NCBI GenBank assembly: GCA_051294375.1
Contig: CM119271.1
Span: 16,387,973 to 16,451,972 of the forward strand
Direction: 5' to 3'
Source: Paraspadella gotoi
Taxonomy: Eukaryota; Animalia; Chaetognatha
Length of the DNA: 64,000 nt
The notes beneath the pieces are model-generated. The model saw nothing but the letters and a program-made list of their open reading frames with translations, was not told the origin of the DNA and searched no databases. Positions 11,265 through 22,495 of this stretch are shown in pieces (the stretch's first letter is position 1; every line of letters begins with the position of its first letter). The translations under genes were made by a program, and so were the position numbers.

Positions 11265-12840
11265 GTGGACAGATAAACGGAAGAAATGGTTTATAGAGTT
11301 GGACTATTATAAGAAAAAATATTTTATATATTTATTGTTTTATTTATCTTATATTTTAATCATATCCTAACTACCAAATATTATTTTTGCATTGATTTTT
11401 TTCATATAATAGAATGATAAACCTATTCAGATAATGATTTCAATTACGACACAATGAAAAATAATGTGGCGAAACGGTCTCGTGCTGATTTTGTCCCTTT
11501 AAAATTGTTTCTGAACCAAATTAATTGTTATTTTTGGTAATATGTGCGATATAGACTATTGGACATTATGTATCTGACCAAAACCCTTGACTAACTAGAT
11601 CAAAAAATAAAAAAAGATGAAGCAATATAGCTCGAAACGCTTACAAAATTTTAGACCATATGCTTCTTATAAATACAAAAAAAAATTAATATTATTAAAA
11701 CTGGATTAAAAATGAATTTTGAGTTAGAAAACAATTTTGCAATTTAAAAAAAAATCGGCCTCTAGCCTTTCGATTTTTTTAGAGGCTGATTTTTTAATTT
11801 TTTTGATATTTTGATTTTCTATGCAAAACCATTATTTTCAATGAGCATAGGTCGGACAAACGTTTTTTTTAACAATTTGAAAAAATTTCAACTTTTCTAA
11901 TTAGGCTTTTTTGGGGAAATAAATTATTAATTGGTACATCTGAAAGTGATAAGTCTTTAAATGATGAAAAAAATTTATTTTTATTTTTATTTTTTTTAGT
12001 TTTTTAAGTTGCATCCAAAGCAGAAACATGTACGTTTTCTATAAGAAATAAAATTCGTTTTGCCTCAATACATATAACAACGAAAAAAAAGGTTATTACC
12101 ACTAAGTTTTATTTTGAGTCTGGACGTTTACCTTTTTGTCTGTAAAAAAATCATTATTTTTCATTATCTTTAACTGCAAACAAAATGCTTGACACACTGC
12201 TTGTTTATCATAATAAAATTTTAAAAAATTATATAGCTGGTAACATATTTGACAAAGCAAAACATCATTATGTTAAATCGTATTAAAATTTTTTTTTAAT
12301 ATAGCAAAAAATTCAATTCTATTATTTATCATCCATTTTAATTAAGAAAAAAAAAACTTTACTCCCCCCATTTCACAAGATATAAAATGTCATGGTTATC
12401 ATGTCAATAAGTCCAGATTATCTGTACCCTTTCTGCAACCTACATTCCAATTTTTTTTTCCTTTTTAAATGTATTAAATAAAAAAAATTATTTGAGAGAA
12501 CAATTGGCGTGGAGGATGCCATTGGTAAGCCTTAAGTTACCCTACTTCCCGATCAGGTTTTTTTCCATCTATTTGATACATAACACTAACTATTGGTACT
12601 ATTATTTTTTTTTATTACAATTCTATGAATAAATATGAATAAGTAACTTTTTAAAAAAATTTATGATCTTTCACCCTATATTCAGTCATATCTAAAAAAC
12701 AAAAACAAAAATTTACATTGATATTTTGTATATCAACATATGAAACTATAATGTTTTAAAAAATAAAAAAAAATATAATAATATTGAACAACAAATTTTT
12801 TCATTTTTCATTGTGTCTTACCGATTTTTTTTTATGGCTG

Positions 12841-13445
12841 CATAATGAAAATTACATACAAAAATTCTAAAAGTCAATTATGAACAACATACATCAATGA
12901 ACATTACTTTTTTTAAAAAATAATTTTATATTTTTTAATTTTCGCAGTAGGCTATATTTATATATAGTACAATCCCTATAAAATCGAAAAATTTCAAAAT
13001 AGGCTTTTCATAATTTTAATTACAGATTTAAATTCCTCGTCAAAAGTTGATAAAAGAAAATATAAATCATTTTTAAAAATTCTTTCATTAAGTGGGTTAA
13101 AATTTAAAAAAACTATATTTAATATATAGAAATTTAATTTTCCGCTTAAAATATTATTTTTTAAAATTTTTGACCTACTTAATAAAAGAATTTTTCAAAA
13201 AGAGTTATATTTTTTTTTATCAACTTTTTATAACGAATCCAAATCAGCAAAAAAATCTTTAAAAAAATTGTTTTGAAATTTTAACATTTATTGGTTTAGT
13301 ACTAGTATAAATATGGCCTACTGCGTAAATTGTAAAATTTATTATAAATTTTTTTATTATATAAATGTTTATTAGTATAATATTGTTCGTTCCTCACTTT
13401 TAGAATTTTAATTAAAGTTAAATTTTAAAATTTTACTACACCTTA
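12841..13445. mobile_element. Second copy of the hAT-type MITE, left TIR eroded
   Basis: Highly similar to 10655-11264 in the same orientation. Confidence 0.8.
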
Positions 13446-13609
13446 CTGCATGCACTACGCCACTTTCGTCGTGTCATAATAATAATTTAACAATTCAACA
13501 ATTTATTATCGATTATTAATAAAATGAAATAAGAATTTAATTTTTTCCGCACAAACCTTACAATTAACTAAAGCAACTAACCGCACTACTCTCGCCCCCT
13601 CAGAATCAC

Positions 13610-13816
13610 CTCTGCCAATTGCGTCTTCACGCAAGCCTTCCGACACGCATCCATCCCCTCGAAGTTGTTCCGGTTCCCCAAACATCCTCCGTAGGCGAAG
13701 GCGGTGCAGTCGCCCGTCGAGACGTCGTAGGCGAAGCGAGGCACGGAGGCGTTGCAAGGACCGGGGACAACGGGGAGGAAACACGCGGCCACGCCCTCTG
13801 GTTCAACGCATGAAGC
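13610..13816 (-). CDS. Ppn: Papilin-like, exon 8 (end of Kunitz 1, Kunitz 2)
   Basis: cccag|ASCVEPEGVAACFLPVVPGPCNASVPRFAYD...FAYGGCLGNRNNF...CVKTQLAE|gtgatt. Confidence 0.92.
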
Positions 13817-14475
13817 CTGGGAGGAGGAGGAGGAGGAGGAGTTAGAGGAGGAGTGAGAGGCTATTAGAGTCAAAGCCCTTATTCGACTATGACTATTCAA
13901 CTAAAACGTGTAAAGAAATATAAAGAAACAACTTGGCAATGGTTAACAAGTCATTACTTGATTCGATGAGTCTTTGGTCAGTTTCATTGTAATGAATTCA
14001 CTTCTCAGATTCATTTATAAAATCAGTTGATGAGATCCGTTAGAGACGAATTATTTAGTTGAATTTATAAATGAATTCATCCCATTGCAGTAAATAATAT
14101 GGGAAACTATCACGAATATGAGAGTGAAAGTTTCCTTGCTCTTTTAAGAGTGACAGATTCATTCTTAAATTCATACGACGAGACTAGTTTTGAAAATTTT
14201 TTTAATAAACAATCAATCAACTAATCAATCCTTTATCTTTTTTTTATTTTATCAAATATATTTATATAAATAAAAATTCTAAAAAATTGCGAAGGAATTA
14301 AAAATATATTTTTCATCTGGACTTGAACCCGGATCTTGGCGACGGTAACAATAACGGTTAACCGTTGCTTCACCTTAAGCTCTTGGCAATATGTGTACAA
14401 TTTAATTTTGTTCTTTTTTCTTTTATTTTTTTATTCTTTTTTTTACCGAACCCTGGGGTAAAAATAAAAGCTGAA

Positions 14476-14523
14476 ATGACGTCATCCAACCGTTGGTGAA
14501 TGTAAACAAAGGTATGACGTCAT
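14476..14523. promoter_or_regulatory. Two ATGACGTCAT (CRE) palindromes flanking a TGTAAACA forkhead-type motif
   Basis: Palindromes at 14476-14485 and 14514-14523, motif at 14501-14508, about 120 bp upstream of ORF 14644. Confidence 0.4.
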
Positions 14524-14643
14524 CTACAATTTTTGAACTGGTTTTAAATGTCTTTCAAAAACTTGATAAATTTAAATTAAATTAAACATTTTTCATTTAG
14601 CCGTTTTTAAAATATGATGTTGTAAACTTGAAATTGTTTTTAA

Positions 14644-15120
14644 ATGGAACAAATTGTATTCCAATTCGAAGCTGCACTCAGAAAAATTAAAGATTCAAAC
14701 ATTAACAGTTGCGGCATTATTTTCAATGAACAAACGGAAAAGATCTTTATTTTTGGCGATACAATGCTGCATAATTCGCAACTGGAAAAAGAGGCTCGAA
14801 GATCCCAAGTTGACCATGATTCCGTAATTGTACTCAGAAATCCCGATTTTGAAATTGCAAAAGTTTTGTCTCCCCTACCATTACCCTTGATCAAGATGTC
14901 TCTAGTCCCTTTGCGATCTTACGAATGGAGCCAGTGCCCAGCGGCTCCAGATCCTCAGCCGGCTCCAGATCCTCAGCCGGCTCCAGATCCTCAGCCGGCT
15001 CCAGATCCTCAACCGGCTCCAGATCCTCAACCGGCTCCAGATCCTCAACCGGCTCAAGCTCCTCAACCGGCGCCGCGAGCGAGGGCCCAAAGTCTCAGAA
15101 TTGTACGTAATAATTTCTAA
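14644..15120 (+). CDS. Intronic antisense ORF, 158 aa, possibly a truncated NRF1/Ewg-like DNA-binding domain plus (PAPDPQ)n tail
   Basis: ATG start and non-repetitive 97-aa N-terminus, followed by an in-frame 18-bp repeat. The family call rests on motif resemblance by eye only. Confidence 0.4.
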   Translation: MEQIVFQFEAALRKIKDSNINSCGIIFNEQTEKIFIFGDTMLHNSQLEKEARRSQVDHDSVIVLRNPDFEIAKVLSPLPLPLIKMSLVPLRSYEWSQCPAAPDPQPAPDPQPAPDPQPAPDPQPAPDPQPAPDPQPAQAPQPAPRARAQSLRIVRNNF

Positions 15121-16333
15121 TATATTTTTTAAAATAATAAAGGTTCCAGCCAGGGTAGAACTCCCGATATATATTTTCAAATATGTTTAATATTTTCAAT
15201 TTAAAATAAATTCTTGTGATCATTCATCCCGTTAGCCTTTTTTATTTTTTGTGTGAAAAGAGAAAAGTAAAAATCAAAAGATGTCACTACAGTTGTAAAA
15301 TCAAAAGATTTCACTGCAGTTGTAAAATCTTTTTTAATAGTGAAAGATTCGGTGAACTTGAAAGTTTTTTAAAAAGGATTTGAACTCAGGACCTAAAGGA
15401 GCTCAGTCAGGCTTGGTACCACAGCGCTGATTCTGTTTATGATAGAATCATCAATAAAGGAAATTTGATTCATTGAATTCATAAACATTGAATTCACGAC
15501 CATGAATAATTGATCTCGAAATTAGAGCGTTTAATGAATTCATGCTTCTCCGTACATTTGACTGATAATGAGTCGAATTCGACCTTTCGACCACCTAAAT
15601 CAGTCGCAGCGACTTTTTGACTTTGCGAGTCGAAAAGTGGTCGAATAACTGCTCTGACTATACCTCGTGGGAGGAGGAGGAGTGAAAGGAAGAGGAGGAG
15701 AGAGAGGAGGAGGATGAGGAGAGGGAGAGGAGGAGAGAGAGGAGGAGGATGAGGAGGAGAGAGAGGATGAGGAGAGAGAAGAGGAGGAGAGAGAGGAGGA
15801 GGAGAGAGAGGAGGAGGAGAGAGAGGAGGAGGAGAGAGAGGATGAGGAGAGAGAGGAGGAGGAGAGAGAGGATGAGGAGAAGAGAGGAGGAAGAGGAGAG
15901 GGAAGAGGAGAGGGAAGAGGAGAGGGAAGGGGAAGGATAGAGAGGAAAGGTAGGGGATAGAGAGGAAAGCAGATAGAGGGATGAGTATATTTCACTGGAT
16001 TCCCCAATTTCTCTTCCCCATTCTCGCTCAAGACACCTTTTCTTCTTCCTCTTCCGCCTCTTTTCCTCCCTTTCCCTTCCTCCTCATCGAGCGACGACAG
16101 AAGGAGCAAAGAGAGAGATTTTAGTACTGTCTTGGGTTCTACTTCAGCTCGCGAGCTCCCTCTTAGAGAATATACCTTTTTTGCCTATTTTTTTGACTTT
16201 TCCTTTGACTTTACTCAGAGAGATAGAGATGATGGACCTACCCATCAGTTAGACCTCGCCCTACACGGTCGCTACTTACCCCCTTACCCACCCAGTATCG
16301 ATCCTCTTACCCAAAAATCCACTTGGCCCTTAC

Positions 16334-16430
16334 CTTACATTCTTCCTCGGATTCGAAGCGATTATCGTTTCCCCCTTCACTTCCGAACCAGAATCGATGA
16401 CATCCGCCGTAGACGTGATCGAAGTACCAC
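16334..16430 (-). CDS. Ppn: Papilin-like, exon 7 (Kunitz 1 core)
   Basis: cgccag|(R)WYFDHVYGGCHRFWFGSEGGNDNRFESEEECK|gtaagg; 97 nt. Confidence 0.9.
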
Positions 16431-17291
16431 CTGGCGGAACGACATCGAAAACTCGTGTTAAGTCATCTTTTGTTTTTTAATTTCGATTTTATTGTATTTT
16501 AATAGTATATTTAGTATTAATTATTTAAACGTCATCGCAAGCACAAGGAGGATAAATAATATTAGATATATTTTAATGACATCATCAGTGGTAAAAGGAC
16601 AGTAACAAATTTTTTTTCATCTGATGATGTCATAAAAATATATCTAATATTATTTATTAATAAATATTTGGAAAAATTGTTCTCGCTTATAGCACAGTTA
16701 TCTCAAAATTAAAAACTACCTAATATTTAGTATTATATTTAGTATTATATTTAGTATTATTTAGTATTATATTTAGTATTATTTTTGAAATTATTTCTTT
16801 TTTGTTGGTTTTCGCGATTTGAAAAAGAAAATTCTTTTATGATTTTGGGAATATAATTAAAATAAGAATACAGAACTTTTCTTCTTTAATAAAACCTTAA
16901 AGTTTTGCATTGTAAATTTTAAAATCAATGCACCGAAAGTTAACAAAAATGATTAAAAATCACTCAAAAAATAGTTTTCCATAGTAATGAATTTGCAATC
17001 CACGTCGGTACTAAAAAGTATTTTTAAATATAAAAGGGCAAAAAATGCAAAAAATACGTTCAATTCCAAAAAATGCACCGAGAATCTGTAACTTGTAAAC
17101 AATATCAACAAATGTCAGAATTCTTAACACTAACGATCCCTCGATCGATCACAGAGCCATCCCGATCTTTTCCAACTGCAATAACTCAAACACCAAATTC
17201 CCAAACCCAATCACCCCAAACCTATTTTCCAAGCCCAATCACCCCAAACCTATTTTCCAAGCCCAATAACCCCAAACCTCAAATATTTAAC

Positions 17292-18253
17292 CTGATAGAG
17301 AATTGAATCCCCGGTCCAGTTTCCTTTGGCAACCGACAAAAGTCCGCGTTCGTCCTCAGCATTCTTGGACAGCCTTCGCCCGCAGCCCCCGTGGCCAGGG
17401 TCGCGCCATCGGGGCAGCACCCGTGGGCCGAGGTCCTACAGAACCTCGAGGGCCCGCTGGGGCATCCTTCGAACTGTTCACCCTTCGCGTCCGTGACGCC
17501 GTCACGACAGCAGCCGAAACGGGAGAAAAGGCAAGAGGAAACGTCTGCCGTGCCGTCTGGGGCGAGCGAGCCGTCGGGGCTGCTACTCTCGAGATGCCTA
17601 TCTTTTGAAGGGTTTGGCCTTTCATCGAAATCTTTACGATCTTTAGTCGTCGTCGTTGTTGTCGTTTCCTTTTTATGACTCGGAAAAATTTCGCGAAAAT
17701 CTACGTCAATCATATCAATAGTGGCCATCGTAGGAAGCCTCTCCTCTTCCTCCTCTTCCTCTTCCTCCTCCTCCTCAAACGTAAATACCTCTCTCCTCTT
17801 CTCCTCTTCCTCCTCCACCCTTTCGACAACTTCTCGACAGCCCTCGCGGCTCGGACCCTCGGCGGCCGTAATGCCGTCTGGGCAGCAGCCGAAGAGAGAC
17901 TGCAGACAGGGTCGACGGCCGGAGTGTGCCTTCTCGGATTCGTCTTCTCCAGATCCGTCATCATCTTCTTCGTCAAAGAGGGCGCTCGACGCAGGGCAGC
18001 CCGTCATGCCATGTCCTGCCGGCGTCTTTCCGTCGGGGCAGCAGCCGTAGGCCGAGTGGCGACAGGTAAAATCTTGCGGGCACCCGCCGAGGAACGGTCC
18101 GGCGGCTGGGGTGAGTCCGTCAAGGCAGCAGCCGAATGGAGAATCGACGCAGCCTAAGCCGGTGAGGATCGCGTCTCGCGGCACGGGGCAGCCCTCGTCG
18201 TTGAAGCCGTCGGCAGGGGTCACACCGTCAGGGCAGCAACCGAATTTGGAACC
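17292..18253 (-). CDS. Ppn: Papilin-like, exon 6 (six GCCxDG Cys-rich repeats, acidic linkers, start of Kunitz 1)
   Basis: cccaag|GSKFGCCPDG... Six CC(P/L/R)DG repeats typical of invertebrate papilins. Ends CRLPKETGPGIQFSI AG|gttaaa. Confidence 0.93.
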
Positions 18254-19044
18254 CTTGGGAATAAGAAGAAAATTAAGAGTTCTGTCTTATGAATATAGTT
18301 AGTAAGTAATGTTAAATAATGTAAAAGCTGGGAAGCCTGGGATATATATGAAAATTTGCAAAATTACTTGTTTCACTATCTTAATTTTTTATATTTTATG
18401 AAGGTTTTACTATTTAATCTATATTATTTAATTATATATATTGCTTTTTTAAAAATTGTTTACTTATTATATCAAATAACTCATTTTGGGAGTCAGTGTT
18501 GTCTTCTGGAAATAGAGGGAGCATCTATACTACACAAGGTTAGACTACAATCTGTCCTAGTTTTCTAATAGATATCACACATCATTCCTGTTAGAAAGTC
18601 ATTAATGAAAAATAAAGACTACCATGTAGAATTGTATTTTCTGATAGGGATACATACTGGGGAAAGGTCTATATCATGAACATAATTAAAAAATACATGA
18701 ATGAAAATTACATTTTTTCTTTATCCAACTTTTTAATTATTTCTTTTATGTATATTTCTTTTATGTTTATACAATGGGAAGGTCATCTGTTAGGAACCTA
18801 TACCCTTCAAGGATTTCTGCTCTTTAATCCCAATATCCAATAAGGCGTAGTTAAAGTTGCAGATCAGAATTCGAATAGTTAATCCTGAACAGTCTTGGAC
18901 TAAAGAACATGGATATATAAATTTTTTTTAAAAAATTCTTAATTTTTGCATACGCCCATATTTATACAGTACTCGCCATAGAAAATGTCAGAATTTTAAA
19001 ATAATGTTTTCTTAGTTTTGAAAAGAGACCGAAAATTAGAGGAA

Positions 19045-19580
19045 ATCTGATCTGATCTGATGATCATTAGCGGCAATTATTAAATAAATTAATTAAGGAA
19101 TTAATTAAGGAATTAATTAATTTGATCCGAAATGTTTGTTTTTTTCGTCACGACAACGACGACGATGATGGCGACGACGACAATAATGCCGATAACGATT
19201 GATTTGATTGATTGTTTGATTAAATAATTAATTAATTCATAAACTAATTGATTAATTGAATAATTAATTTTTGATTAATTAATACATCTTGCATTTACAT
19301 TTAATATAAAAAGAAAAAAAAGCATAATCAATTAGTAAAAAGGTTTTTTTGTTTTTTCCATTTAAAATCATTTCCACGATTCCAACGAAACTTCATTTTC
19401 AGCTTAATCACACACTTTCCTACCCACATACAAAATTTAAAGTCAATCGCTCGATCCACTCATGAGTAATTGGCGTTTAAATAATAAAATGGTTTTTTTT
19501 TCATTTAAACTCATTTCCACTCGCATGATTCCATCGAAACTTTATATCTCGCTCAATCACACACTCCTACTACAAATTAG
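19045..19580 (-). mobile_element. Degraded inverted copy of the Helentron/DINE-1-like element
   Basis: Reverse complement of the core (aatcacacactttcctacccac; tttccatttaaa.tcatttccac), partly duplicated. Confidence 0.6.
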
Positions 19581-19708
19581 CAAAACCTATAAAAAGTATC
19601 GCGGTTGCTGATCGGTTTTTTACTTTTTTATTTTTAACCCATTTATCAAAATATCAAAAATACAAATTATACTTTGTAACTAAATTCCGTTATTATAAAT
19701 TCAAATTT

Positions 19709-20073
19709 TAGGAAAAACAGTTTTAATGTGGCAACGAATTTGTATGACAAGTAAGTCGGACATGTTTCGACTCTTATAGAGTTAGAGTCTTCATCAGCAA
19801 GTGATTTTTCACAACAATTATCTCTGTGAAAGTTGAGTTTGGTGAGAGAGAGAGAGACAGAGAGAGAGGAGATTCCAACAAAGAATTGAGTGAGAAAGTG
19901 GTCAGATGTGAGGACAGTTCAAGGTAAGGAATTTGAAAAATCACTTGCTGATGAAGACTCTAACTCTATAAGAGTCGAAACATGTCCGACTTACTTGTCA
20001 ATAAAATTCGTTGCCACATTAAAACTGTTTTTCCTAAATGCTAAAAAACAAAGAAATCGAAAGTCTATACATA
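19709..20073. mobile_element. 365-bp non-coding Penelope-derived element with two inverted hammerhead motifs
   Basis: About 100-bp inverted arms. CUGAUGA-a-gacucu..agaguc-GAAAC-au-GUC at 19945-19989 (+) and 19757-19800 (-). 12-bp TSD aaattcaaattt at 19697-19708 and 20074-20085. Confidence 0.8.
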
Positions 20074-20104
20074 AAATTCAAATTTAAAAAAAAAATTTTC
20101 AAAG

Positions 20105-20190
<86 letters not shown>

Positions 20191-20305
20191 AATATTGAAA
20201 AGATGCTACACTTGATTGATATTACAAATCGATTGAGTATAAAACGGAAAAAAAAATTGCATTAAAAAATTCTTTAAGAGAAATGATAATGTTTTCGCGC
20301 CTTAC

Positions 20306-20620
20306 CTTGCAGCCTCCGAGTGATATGAGATGATCGTCGTCGCAAGGCTGAGCGTTGCAATCTTCCGAATCAAGGGGGCGGCCAGAGGGGTCGCAAGGCG
20401 CGCCGTTGGGGTCGTCGTTAAGGCAGAGAACGGGTCGGGAACGGAGTCCGCCGCCGCAAGGCACCGAGCAACGGGTCCAAGGGCCTGAGACCCAGAGTCC
20501 CGAGCAGTCTGTACCGGTGCAAGGACGATGGGTCTCGGAACGGGAGTGGGGTGGGCAGTTGGATGGAGGGAGGGGGCGGAAGCCGGACGGAGTCAAGTGA
20601 CCGCAAAGGATGGAACGCGT
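20306..20620 (-). CDS. Ppn: Papilin-like, exon 5 (last TSP1 repeats)
   Basis: ttttag|TRSILCGHL...WVSGPWTRCSVPCGGGLRSRPVLC...CNAQPC...GGCK|gtaagg; 315 nt. Confidence 0.92.
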
Positions 20621-20750
20621 CTAAAAGGGGGGGAGGTGGGGAATATATTTACATTATATTTGAGCATAAGAAATTAAATAAAATGTAAACAAATTTTTGA
20701 AATGCATTTAAGAAAATGCTACTTTATTGTAACTCCTATTCATTTATTTT

Positions 20751-21356
20751 TAGTCGGATCTGCTTTCGGCAGATCCCGACTCTATAATTCACTTTGTCGT
20801 TCCGTCGGTCTGCCCCCTCAATCTTGTCGGTAATTCACTTATATCATGTCAGAACATCGAATTATGATAAATTATGCATAAAAACGATGTCCGTCCGTCC
20901 TTCCGTCCATCCCACCTTAGCAAAAACACCAATTACTCGTGATTGGATGGATGGATTGGAATGAAATTTTGTGTGTGGGTAGGGAAGTGTGTGATTAAGC
21001 TGGATATGAAGTTTCGATGGAATCGTTTGTGTAGAAATGAGTTTAAATGGAAAAAACAAAAACCCTGTTTCACTAATTGATTAAATGCCTCCTTAGTTTA
21101 AATGTAAATGCAAGATGTATTAATTAATCAAATAATTAATCAAATAATTAATCAATAATTAAATAATCAGTCAATTAATCAATCAAAACAAACATTTTTG
21201 TCAAATTAATTAATTAATTGCCTAATTAATTATATAATTAACTTGAATAAATTAATTTTTAAATAATTAATGAACTTGAATTAATTATTAATTATTAATC
21301 AATTAATTACCGATAATGATCGTGGGCAGATCTGACATTGTTTGCTCAGACTTGTT
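20751..21356 (+). mobile_element. Helentron/DINE-1-like element copy without the satellite
   Basis: Same termini and core as 511-1931. Confidence 0.75.
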
Positions 21357-21971
21357 ATACCCTTGAGTGAATGTTTGAAAATAGGAAAAAATCTCAAAAA
21401 TTAAAATTTGTTATTGTTCCTTAATTCCCTATGCTAAGGCTGGCAAAGCCAACTAACAAATGAAATATAAACTACAATTCTTGCCAAAAAGATTATTCAG
21501 AAAAACAAAATCTCTTTTTAGTATTTTAATAAGCAAATAATCTCTTTTATTTTTAAATAAAAGATGTTAACCTAATAGTGGGCTTTTGTTTAAGAATTAG
21601 CGAAGCGAAAACGCGAGAGAAACTCGAGAGAAACTCGAGAGAAACTCGAATTCATAAAAAAAAAACATATGATCATCTTAAGTGTCTGAAAACATATATT
21701 TAGTTATTATTGGTTAAATGACAATGAAGAGCCAGAATAATTGTTATGAGTTACTGATAATACCGTTCAATATAAGCATTCCCTGAGCTTCGGATCAGGC
21801 TGTAACACCGTGATACAGGCACCGTGTTAATTTATTTGACGTCCGAAACCAACCTTTGGACCAAGTTTGGTACCACCGGTCGGTGCTTTGTTAATCCATT
21901 CAATTTTGTTTTCCCTCTAGCGTCGAGTCTCACTTTGCGCAGTAATATACATTTTTTTTGTTCAGTAATAC

Positions 21972-22190
21972 AAATTTTGGGTTACTTTTACTTTCGCCGA
22001 GCGGGGTTAGGGAGGGGTTAGGGAAGGGTTAGGGTTAAGGGTGGTTTAGGGGTGGTTAGGGTTAAGAGGGTTTAGGGATAGGGTAATTAGGTAATTGTTT
22101 TTAAATTTTTTTAAAAAATAACTATTTTTAAATGGTTTTTCAAAAGCCGCCAAAACCGCAGTTGGCGAAAGTAAAATTTAGCCCAAATTT
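21972..22190. mobile_element. MITE with TTAGGG-like core
   Basis: Inverted ends aaattttgggttacttttactttcgcc / ggcgaaagtaaaatttagcccaaattt around degenerate (TTAGGG)n at 22003-22092. Confidence 0.6.
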
Positions 22191-22254
22191 TATAATAAAT
22201 AATTGTTTACAATTTATTTTAATTGCTATTTTTTTGTTTGAGGTAGAAAATGAA

Positions 22255-22495
22255 TTGTTCACGTACGAGTTATAAAAAGAAACAAATTTCGGACATGTTT
22301 CAGCTTCAATGTAAGCCTTCATCAGCGCAAAAACGAATTGATTTTTTTGTAAAAGTTTTTGAAAAGATATTTTTAACAAATCAATTCGCTTTTGCGATGA
22401 TAAAGGTTTACATTGAAGCCGATACATGTCCGAAATTAACCTTTCTTTATAAATCTCGTACGTAAACAAAGAAAGAGGAAAGAAAAGACAATATT
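22255..22495. mobile_element. Short inverted-repeat element with hammerhead motif (another PLE family)
   Basis: About 95-bp imperfect arms. Minus strand 22289-22328 reads CUGAUGA-a-ggcuu(acauug)aagcu-GAAAC-au-GUC; the plus copy at 22394-22433 is degenerate. Confidence 0.7.

Larger units (their letters stand above)
13865..15662. mobile_element. Putative TIR element carrying an ORF
   Basis: Imperfect inverted ends agtcaaagcccttattcgac / gtcgaataactgctctgact, interrupting a GA-rich tract that continues on both sides. Confidence 0.5.

Noticed and set aside
15600-16109. Ser/Pro-rich in-sense ORF as the papilin Ser-rich exon
   Set aside because: It lies between Kunitz 1 exons that already join in frame; it is a 15-bp GA-rich repeat tract.
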